From Eledone cirrhosa (taxonomy: Eukaryota): 64,000 nt of DNA. The stretch is taken from contig OZ024743.1 of the NCBI GenBank assembly GCA_964016885.1, forward strand, positions 180,358,001 through 180,422,000, given 5' to 3'. Position numbers and translations under genes: made by a program. Below are positions 54,799-64,000 of this stretch, one piece after another (positions within the stretch are counted from its first letter, which is position 1; every line of letters begins with the position of its first letter). Below the pieces are notes generated by a model. That model was not told the origin of the DNA. It made no database searches and saw only the letters and a program-made list of their open reading frames with translations.

Positions 54799-54960
54799 AT
54801 AAAATGATTAGAACATAACTTTGATTATTGTCTAATTAATATTCCTGCTCTGTAAAACATCTGATGTATATACATTGAGCTATTTTTCTTACTGGTAATA
54901 AGGTAGTAATGAATTACTGACCTTTCCTGTTTATAGTTGTTTATGGTGTATACATAACTA

Positions 54961-55072
54961 TAAATAATAATAATTGTTTCTACTTTAGGTACAAGGCCAG
55001 CAATTACCCAGTGCGTTACTGGTACTTTATTTTATCAACCCCGTAAGGATGAAAGGCAAAGTCAACCTCGGC
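54961..55072 (-). mobile_element. SINE 3' fragment (short form)
   Basis: aattgtttctactttaggtacaaggccagcaattacccagtgcgttactggtactttattttatc...gaaaggcaaagtcaacctcggc. Confidence 0.85.
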
Positions 55073-55409
55073 ATTTTATATATATATATATACACACATT
55101 CTCGGCGCTTCAAAAGCTGGAAATTGGACTTCGTACTTTGTTTATATTTATATATTAGTTGCTGTAAAGTACTTCATGGGCAGCTTTTTGGCTTGTGTCT
55201 GACGCTATCACGAGCAGCACCGTTGGTAGGGGTAAAAACTTTCAAAATCCATCTAAACAGCTGAATAATCTGGAGTTCTGTGTCTTTCGTTTGTATTTTT
55301 ATTTTCACAAAATAATTTTTTGAGGTTTCCCTCTAAACAATTATTTTCCGTTTTGCCTTGTTTTCATTCGTCATCTTGTCTTTTCTTTATTAATTTTCTT
55401 AATTTTATA

Positions 55410-55414
<5 letters not shown>

Positions 55415-55484
<70 letters not shown>
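55415..55484. repeat. (TA)n microsatellite
   Basis: Directly visible. Confidence 0.95.
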
Positions 55485-55486
<2 letters not shown>

Positions 55487-55540
55487 CGTTTCTGAATTTG
55501 TTTATCAAGATTCTTTATCTGAAAACGTGTGTTGAAACCG

Positions 55541-55712
55541 ATATTGGTATACTTTGGGAGGGTCATGTTGCCAATAAGAAACACACGCACCAGTTGCTTT
55601 CACTTCAATTTATTATAATAAATTTATAAATTTGTTATAATAAATTGAAGTGAAAGCAGCTGGTGCGTGTGTTTCTTATTGGCAACATGACCCTCCCAAC
55701 GTATAACAATAT
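55541..55712. repeat. 172-bp near-perfect palindrome with no loop, centred at 55626/55627
   Basis: gggagggtcatgttgccaataagaaacacacgcacc... mirrors ...ggtgcgtgtgtttcttattggcaacatgaccctccc; the centre reads aaattta|taaattt. Confidence 0.95.
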
Positions 55713-55975
55713 ATATATATATATATGGCAGCAAATGCGACAGGCGACAAAGCAGTACATTGTTAACTGGAATCCCTACGCGTCAACAATATTTATATAT
55801 ATATATATACACAGTTCAAGAGTAACCAATCTTAAAGAGAGAGATGGAGATAGGAGAGGAGATATGAGAGGAGAGATTGGTGAATTAGTTAGAAGCCAAA
55901 GCTCAATGTGCAATATGCTGTAGAAAGCAGCTAGGTGGCTGGGTTCATGCAGAAGTTAGGTGCGCAGAGCTGGAA

Positions 55976-56407
55976 ATATTCATTAGTTAAGCAAAACAAG
56001 ACCACAAATTTCACAAGGAAGACATTATTAAAAGATTGTCAACATATTTTAGTTTGATGTAAGGAATGTAGAGAATAATAATCTGTTTTTTAAATATGTT
56101 AATTATTTTCAACTGAACCAGATCAATTATGATATATAGTCATCTGATCCAGAAATATTATATGGAGTAGCGAAACAATTGTAAATGGACATTATTATTA
56201 TTATTTGCCTTTCATCCTTACGGGGTCGATAAAATAAAGTACCAGTAATGCACTGGGTAATTGCTGGCCTTGTGCCTAAAGTAGAAACAATTATTATTAA
56301 TATTATTATTATTATTCTCTACATTCCTTACATCAAACTAAAATATGTTGACAATCTTTTAATAATGTCTTCCTTGTGAAATTTGTGGTCTTGTTTTGCT
56401 TAACTAA

Positions 56408-56414
<7 letters not shown>
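55976..56414. repeat. inverted repeat with 107-bp arms (55976-56082 and 56308-56414) and a SINE fragment in the spacer
   Basis: atattcattagttaagcaaaacaagacc... mirrors ...ggtcttgttttgcttaactaatgaatat; SINE 3' half at about 56203-56295. Confidence 0.95.
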
Positions 56415-56443
<29 letters not shown>

Positions 56444-56847
56444 CAGCGTGCAATAGATTATATAATAATATGGTTTCTATATGGAATTTAAACCACGATT
56501 TCATATTACATTCTATTTGAACAGGATAGTCTAATACACCATAACCTGATATTTAATATATATCGCCAGTAAACATCAGTTAACTCCGACAGCAATAGAA
56601 CAACTCAAAAGAACCATCCAAATGTGTCAACAGAAACAGACAACCTTATAGAAACCTATGCCAAAATATCTTATGAAGATGAAGATATTAACAACAGAGT
56701 GTTCCAGACGAAATGGAATGATATGACGAACAATAATGATTAATACGTTTTCAATTACTTCTATACAATTCTATTTATATGGGTTTGCTTCTAGAAGTTC
56801 AGCTACACTTGTATTGATTCAAAACATCATAAATGTAACTTGGGGCT

Positions 56848-57004
56848 CAATTTTACGGGCAAAACCAACCGACAGAAAACCCAGGGGTAGACCCTGAGCA
56901 GGATGGTTGGATAACATCCATAAGCTTGGCTGCTCACGCTTGGGGATCCAGTGGGATCAGTTGAAGACAGCTGCTCTGACAGCACCAGCTTGATGTAAAG
57001 AAAC

Positions 57005-57038
<34 letters not shown>

Positions 57039-57083
57039 AGAAGAAGAAGAAGAAGAAGAAGAAGAAGAAGAAGAAGAAGAAGA
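56848..57083 (+). mobile_element. RTE-clade LINE 3' remnant followed by a (GAA)n tail
   Basis: Translates as ILRAKPTDRKPRGRP*AGWLDNI, resembling the RTE C-terminal R.RGRP..RW.D motif; (GAA)n at about 57006-57083. Confidence 0.6.
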
Positions 57084-59402
57084 TTCAATTTTTAAGATTA
57101 TCAATCATTCTGGTATCACATATTCAAGGCGGACATTAGCTTCGAAAATTTTAATGGTTTCCGAAGTCCACAGAGATAATGGCAATCTGTTTTCTTAAAA
57201 CTAAATCAATACAACAAACAAAGAACAGACGTATCATTTCTAACTCTGAATCTTAAGCAGATTTCCCATCTACAAGGCCGTATATATGTAAATTCAGATA
57301 AGTTAATGACCAACCACAAATCATAAATTAGACCCCCATAATCTTACTGCAAATACAGCTAATGTGATGATGTTACATTCTAAGAGATTCTCCTCCTCCT
57401 TCTTCTTCTTCTTCTTCTTCTTCCTGAGAAAGCCGTAGGGGCAGAGTTCTCAAACACTCCTTCCTGCGGGTCCGGCCAGAAGCTACTGAATAAGATAACA
57501 AGAAACTGCAATATGGTGAGAGTTATGACAAAGAATTCTAAGAGATTAGTCGGTTAATTTCCAAATATTCAGTGAGAAGAATACAAAAATCCGCTGTTCA
57601 CGGGTGTATATATTCTTCTGTATCAGTCCTCTACTACTAGCAGTAAAACTGCTTCAGCACGTTCCATGCCTCCTCTGTTATACTACAACTCTCGCCTGGA
57701 TATCACCAAGACATGTTCAAAATGAACATCATTAACATTGTTCTCAACAATTAGGACGGATATCTAATCTAAACTATAATAAATTAAGAAGCGCGGGACT
57801 GCGTACGATTTATAATTTTTTATCCCATTAGTAAAATAAGTAAGATTACTTTGAATAAATAATGAATGAATATTACATAATTTATCTACTAAATTTCGTG
57901 GCTGTTCATTAAATATATTTTATTACTTATTTAAAGATTCACTTCTTTAAAATTTTCAAATGTCAACACTTCCGGTTAGCGATCGTTTAAATAAATTTTC
58001 ATATATTGCTGTCACTAATTTTCTCCTAATGCAGTTTATATAAAATATCGTCTTTTTTTAATGTATCATGGATTACGTTACTGATTACAGAAGACAGTGT
58101 AACACAGTCATCGTTCAATTTCTGTGTATATTGTCAATTACGGTTTTATTTGATGTATCATATGTACAATGTATATATATACTTGCGTATAATATCAATA
58201 TACACACTACACAAGCTAGCAGAAAACCCCTCGATGGTTGGTTTTTCTGCTAGTATGCGTAATAATTTGAAGTGAACAGAAAAATAATTTGAAGTGAGCA
58301 GAAAATAAACGAAAAATATTAAATCGAGATACTTTGGAAACTATTTTATTTTTGTCAATGATAAATCGAATCCATAGATTGACTAGTTCAATAATGGTTC
58401 AATACTAGTTCAATAATGGTGCTCGGGTGAATATGTTTACATTTCTTCATATCTGTTGAAGAGATATTTCCTATGCACTTATAAATACCCGGGTATGTTG
58501 TAACGTATGTAATAGTTAGTATTAACGCTTATGTATTAGTGGTGGAGCTCAATACATTGACATGAAGAATGATCACTATATTTACACATCTAAACAGACA
58601 AGACCCACCCCAAGTATTAGCACTAAATTATATACCAGAAATGAAAAAGTTATGATCAATCACAGGGAGGCACTTAAGAAAATGCTGCTATTAGATACGA
58701 TTATGTGCAGCCGGTGTTTGAATTTTCACAAAAGAACCAGTAGCAAACATTGCTCCAACATTCAACATTATATACTTAAATATTAGTCAACACTATCTAG
58801 AAATAGTAGCCAGATGTTTTCAAATTGTTTCGTAATGTATTGAAATTGTAAGTAAATTTAAAAGTAAAGATTTTATTTTCAAAACTAGAACGCTTTCAAT
58901 CATAGTTCTGTTCGGCTAGGATCGGCCCGAGGCTAAGTAACAACAGTAACATACACAAACAGAAGCAATGATACGGGCTGCAAAGATAATGCAAAGCAAA
59001 TCACTGGACATACACCAGCATAATATTTTCTGGACATACTCACAGGTATAATAATTTCTAGGAGAGGTGTACTTGTCATAAGGAAAACAGCAATGATTTA
59101 TTTTGTGTGTCCATGCAATACTAGAGTATTTCAATTATTAATAATTTTAAGGCTGGTCAAAAGATATTAGCGTTTCTATTTTACAGTTTAGTTAGACGCC
59201 TATACTTGAAATCTGGTAAAGTCATATGCAAGTAAAGTGGAGATGTTAAACCGGGTGTCGGATTAAGTATAATACCCAAGTAGCCCACAGCATAAATTTG
59301 AACTCAGAACGCAGAAAGCCGAAGTTTGCTCCCACCTTCTCAGCTACTGTCACCTGGGTTTGATATGCTACTGTTGTTTACCACAATGCAGTTCATTTAG
59401 TC

Positions 59403-59755
59403 CAGAGGTTCTCAAACTTTTTGGCCCCCAACCCTATTTCCAGAGAGATCTGGCTACACCCGAATAGTAAATAATTGTTTCTAGATTTGGCACAAGGCCA
59501 GCAATTATCTCAGTGTATTACTGGTACTTTATTTTATCGACCCCGTAAAGATAAAAGGCAAAGTTAACCTCGGTAATATATAATAAATATAATCGTTCAT
59601 TTTTATATAATGAATCATATAATATATACTATGTATCATTTGATATTTATCATACTATCATAACATCTCTACCGCCCCCTTAGGCCCTACTCGACCTTCT
59701 AAACATCCAAACCCCCCGGGGGAGGGGAGCATGGCGCCCACTTTGAGGACCTCTG
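59403..59755. mobile_element. hAT (Charlie-like) non-autonomous element/MITE with a nested SINE fragment
   Basis: TIRs CAGAGGTTCTCAAA / TTTGAGGACCTCTG; 8-bp TSD ATTTAGTC / ATTTAGTT; minus-strand SINE fragment at about 59472-59574. Confidence 0.85.
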
Positions 59756-60037
59756 ATTTAGTTGTTTTGAGAATTGTCTAGGAAAAGTTGACATGATGTG
59801 CTAGAGATTTGTTTTGTTTTTCATTAGTCTTACATTTATTGCTTAAACTCACTGCATTTCTCAGTGCAACTAAATGTACCTAAGATATGTATTTTATTTT
59901 GGTTTTCCACATTGTATTGAAAGAATTATTCTATATGCTATATGAAGTGTTTGTAAAGCCTTTTGCCTCCATTTTCTATATCTGTACATCACGGGATTTG
60001 GTAGTGTTAGATGTACAGCGTTATTATTCCATAATTA

Positions 60038-60670
60038 AGGGCGGTAAATTGGCAGTATCGGTAGATTGTCGGGGAACACGCTTTGCGGCATATAGCTACG
60101 TCCCCTTACATTCTGAGTTCAAATTCCGCCGAGATTAGCTTTGCCTTTCATCCTTACAGATTCGATAAAATAAAGTACCAGTAACACACTGGAATTGATT
60201 TAATCGACTTTCTTCTTCCTCAATGTTGTTGGCCTTGTACCTAAATCAGAAATCATTATTAAGGATGGTCGAGGGCGGTGAATTGGCAGTATAGGTAGAG
60301 GGTCGGATGCCATGCTTTGCAGCATAGAGTTTCGGCTCTTTATGATCTCAATTCAAATCCCGTCGAGGTTAACTTTGCCTTTCATTCTTACGGGGTCGAT
60401 AAAATAAAGTACCAGTAACGTAGTGGGGTCGATTTAATCGACTTTCCCCTGCCCCTAAATTACTGGCCTTGTGCCTATACTAGATATCATTATAAGGATG
60501 GTCATTAGCAGCATTGTAGAGCGTCGGCCAACATACATTGTGATATAGAGTTACGTTCCTTTATGTTTTGTGGTCTAATCCTTACAAGGTCGATAAACTA
60601 AAGTATCAGTAATGCACTGAATTGATTTAATCGACTCCTCCCCACCCCCCCAAAAAAAATCAGAAACCAA
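60038..60670 (+). mobile_element. three head-to-tail tRNA-derived SINE copies (about 60038-60260, 60272-60495 and 60500-60670)
   Basis: A-box ttggcagtatcggtag, B-box gagttcaaattcc, core ctttgcctttcatcctta...cgataaaataaagtaccagt, hairpin gtcgatttaatcgac, 3' ggccttgtgccta; the third copy is degenerate. Confidence 0.85.
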
Positions 60671-60879
60671 TCATGATAAATTAGAAAACCACTATAATTT
60701 GCTTCCATCTTAATAGATTTTATTATATTCTACTTCATAAGATAGGTTTACTCTGTAGAATTTATTATTCATGTCGTTAGATTCAAATTATGAATGTCTA
60801 CAGTTCACAATTTCTGCCGACAATAATTTGTTCAACGTTCACGTAACAAAGAGTTAATACGAGAGAAATTTCTATTACG

Positions 60880-60882
<3 letters not shown>

Positions 60883-60919
<37 letters not shown>
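60883..60919. repeat. (TA)n microsatellite
   Basis: Directly visible. Confidence 0.9.
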
Positions 60920-60920
<1 letters not shown>

Positions 60921-61652
60921 TTAATACATTAACAGAGAAAGCTATTAGCGATACTCCGACCAACTTCCATCTCACTCAATAAACATTAGGAAATACCTAA
61001 GTATATTCCCAATTATACGTTTGGGGTGCTAACTATATTGTATTATGTGGAAAGTCGGCTGTATTATTTTATATGAGACATAATTAAATAAATCTCACTT
61101 TCAATTCGATCGTTTCGTTATAAGATTTCTACAAGGTGGGAGAAAAAAGTCCAAGTTATGTAGAAGCTTGCATATGATCAACAGATTTACTTGCAACTGG
61201 GCTCTTATAACTCTTCAGTGTAATGCCCAAGCAATATCAATAAAAAATATAAAAAACTACATCGATATTAATATTCAGAGATATTCACCGTCAGTGCTAG
61301 ATCCACTAAGTTTGAAAGTCCAGCAGTCCATCAAAAAAGAATTTCTCACACTGTCCCCAAATGGGAGGTTATCGTAAAATATAAAATAATATATACGCAG
61401 GTCATTGAATCCTGTTAGGAATCCAAACCACGTGTTAAGAACTCAACTGGATAATAAAAAGATAAATATATGTATGTATTATTTAAGTATACATATAAAT
61501 ATTTTCTCAGGCAAAATAACAGACATGAGATATAGGAAGAATCAATCAATATTTCATATGAAAAATAAATAAAGATAGTCATACCTAAATATATAGAAAT
61601 TTCATATATATATATAAGTAGTTCCACGACAGTTAGTTCATCATATATATGT

Positions 61653-62230
61653 ACTAGCAGAAGTACTCGGCGTTGCCCGGGTGTAAGTCGACCTTTGGTC
61701 TGTTAGAATGTGTGAAAGTTACTTCCTGCGCATCATAGGTTCAAAACTTCGAACTTCAATGAAAAAAAATAGGTTAGTAGACACAGGTGTGTAATTTATT
61801 AATTGTAGTTACACAGTGTATCGTTGAAATTGTTCTCTGCACGACTGACGGAAGTCAAAATCGCTTGATATTGAATGTTCAGTTAATTTAAAGCAGGGTG
61901 AAAATGTCGATTACTTTCATTGTTTTTTTTTTTTACAATTTTTGCGCTCACATGTGCAGAAGAATAATTAAAAGGGCCTTTATCTTAACCGCGGCATAAT
62001 GGCGAGTCTTTTGTGACAGTTTTCAAGAATATAGGACGTTCCTGTAAAAAATGTTCCCATGTGTAACTTTGCCTTGTTCTTTTGCGCAAAGTCGAGCCCC
62101 ACTTCAGTTTTATTGATTTTTTACATCAATGCGTGATCTCTGAAGTAGATTTGAGTAGCTAAAAACCTGTCCCGGTAAATTTGCTATAAGTGAAAAAAAG
62201 TTGATCAAAATTGTATCTAGGGTTATTGCC
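61653..62230 (+). mobile_element. possible Helentron/DINE-1-like non-autonomous element
   Basis: Starts ACTAGCAGAAGTACTCGGCGTTGCCCGGG, with a GC-rich subterminal hairpin (ctcggc...gcccggg) right after a TA-rich site. Family assignment and 3' boundary are uncertain. Confidence 0.3.
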
Positions 62231-64000
62231 CTTTGCCACAGCCTCAAGCCTCGTCTGACGGGATGTTGGTGATTCCTCCGTCAGCGCTTGTTGGCGACGA
62301 AGGCGAACATCAGCAAGCCTTGTCGTACGTGATGTTGGTGACTCAACCAGCCGGGAAAGACGTCTATCAGCGAGTCGAGATTCGCGCTCAGCAGGTGTTT
62401 CCTAGAGAAAATTAATTAATTCTACTGGTTAGCTAAGCCAATGGCAGTGTCAATAGTAAATGAGAAAAGTCTAACATGAACAAAAGGGAATCAAGGTAAG
62501 ACAATAAATTTAATATAACTACGATTAGAATGTTGTAGTTGCTTAAAAGTGGTGACAGTTAGGATAAACGCAGTACTTACTAACATTAAGGGAGAATATT
62601 GCATAAAGGATTAATCAATTGTGAATGAACTCATACCTGAGAACGCCTAATTCGTTGTCTCAAAGCAGTAGCTGTACCTTTTTTGGAGGTAAGTCTTGAA
62701 CGTTTCCGTGTGGGCATAACGACGTGTAACGAAGCTGTTAGGTTAGAGAGAGGTGATTAAATACAGAGAGAGATGACACCAGATTCGTTAGCATGGTTAC
62801 TGGTGAATGGGAAGGTTTGGAAATATGATTACAATAACTTACCGAATTTTCCCGTCTATAAATTGCACTTAAAATAATTAAATTTAATCAAAAAACAGCT
62901 CTGCGCTTTATACTCCGGTGAGCCTTATGTATAAATAATACAATGGTAATCAATCACGGCTCTAACAGAAGTAATAGATCTAGACTAAAAGTAAAGAAGA
63001 TGGCATTTTCCTGGTTGGCCTTACACGCCGTTGCGTGAACCTGATTTTAAATGATACGCCTTATATCCTGGTGAGCCTTATAGAGCGGAAAATATCTATT
63101 GGAAAAGAATACGAATTCATGACCAAGGTGTGACAAAATAGGCGTCTATACAGCGCCTGAAACAAACTTGTCCAAAACCCTAGGATTTTTCTCGTTAAGT
63201 ATCCACCCAAAAGGAACCGTTTTTTAGTTACAAAAAATAACCATATTGTATAGTAGCTATATTTCTGACATATCATGCCAAAAAGAACAATATGTTCAAA
63301 AATGTTCTAAAGTACATTCAATCTCTCTTTTTCACCGATATCTTAATAAGCAAGTTATCGATTTTTTATTGGCTGTCAGTGTCTATCTGCATGCAGGTGT
63401 GCACGTGTGCGCAATTAATTGCAAATACGCTCATAACATTTAGTCGTAAGCAGAACAAAAAATGCCATTAGAGGTGGGCTAATAATGAAGACACAAAAGC
63501 TGGTGAACTTACGTTTAAACACCCGAAAAGTTACTCACTTCCTGTGCAAAAGACTGTAACAGTAGTAATATAAATTAATTAATTTTTTAGAACCTTTTGT
63601 TTAAAAAAGGAAAACATTGGTACGGACGTAAAATTTTTTACAACTTTGTATGTGTACAATACAACTTGGTCAACGTATTATTTAGTAATTCTTTTTTTCA
63701 AAAAGTATGATTATTTAAGACTGTTTGAAAATTTACTCACATCTTTTAACATCACAAAAGACACCGTTAAATTTGGTTCCCTTTTCAGATAGGGATAATA
63801 CTGTATATCCACGTGAATAAGGTGGAATATGAAAAGATAAACTCTTTAATGGTCGGTCGTTTACTGAGACAGCTGGGAAGAGATGCAGCTGGCCGTCCAA
63901 TCAATAACGCACGTCCTTATATGGGCATATGAAATTTATTTTTATTGCGCCAGATGTAAACTAAGAGTTCTTGTGTTCGAATTCACATAAAATTTCATTG

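Larger units (their letters stand above)
51251..54827 (+). mobile_element. 5'-truncated Penelope-like element bounded by inverted pseudo-LTR copies (51251-51958 and 54219-54827)
   Basis: The arms are diverged reverse complements, e.g. tgttatccggggttcaag / ctcgaaccccggataaca and tcattttattgctgacaatcgtttc / gaaacgattgtcagcaataaaatga. They enclose RT and GIY-YIG coding remnants. Confidence 0.85.

Noticed and set aside
55519-55552. ctgaaaacgtgtgttGAAACCGATATTGGTA as another hammerhead
   Set aside because: A palindromic stem III-like part is present, but there is no CTGANGA core and no stem I pairing.
57390-57480. (CTT)n plus adjacent GC-richer segment as a LINE 3' end
   Set aside because: Too short, with no coding motif to assign a family.
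58000-64000. Short ORFs of 60-85 aa, including 62233-62415
   Set aside because: No recognisable motifs or supported splice structure. Small host exons cannot be excluded without RNA data.

Overview
AT-rich eukaryotic repetitive DNA. The tRNA-derived SINE family and the (TA)n/(AAT)n microsatellites suggest a cephalopod such as Octopus (inference). No host gene is supported. Bases 1-38425 are one 18-bp satellite (consensus TCTGTCTATACAGCTAGT, about 2,135 monomers) that keeps its 18-bp register throughout and contains nested higher-order duplications with periods of 360, 2232, 5220, 3222, 990 and about 1800 bp. The giant ORFs there are by-products of the monomer. The remaining ~25.5 kb is degraded mobile DNA: an L1/Tx1-type LINE plus a second 3' fragment, two tandem R4/Dong-type LINEs ending in (TAA)n, a Penelope-like element (RT C-terminus plus GIY-YIG) between inverted pseudo-LTRs that each carry a hammerhead-ribozyme motif, an RTE 3' remnant, a hAT/Charlie-like MITE, many SINE copies and several fold-back repeats. 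One fold-back (39.9-41.4 kb) contains an ORF-less type I hammerhead candidate. I found no convincing new biological system. The best leads are the hammerhead-bearing fold-back module and the indel-free satellite with its CpG-derived variants.
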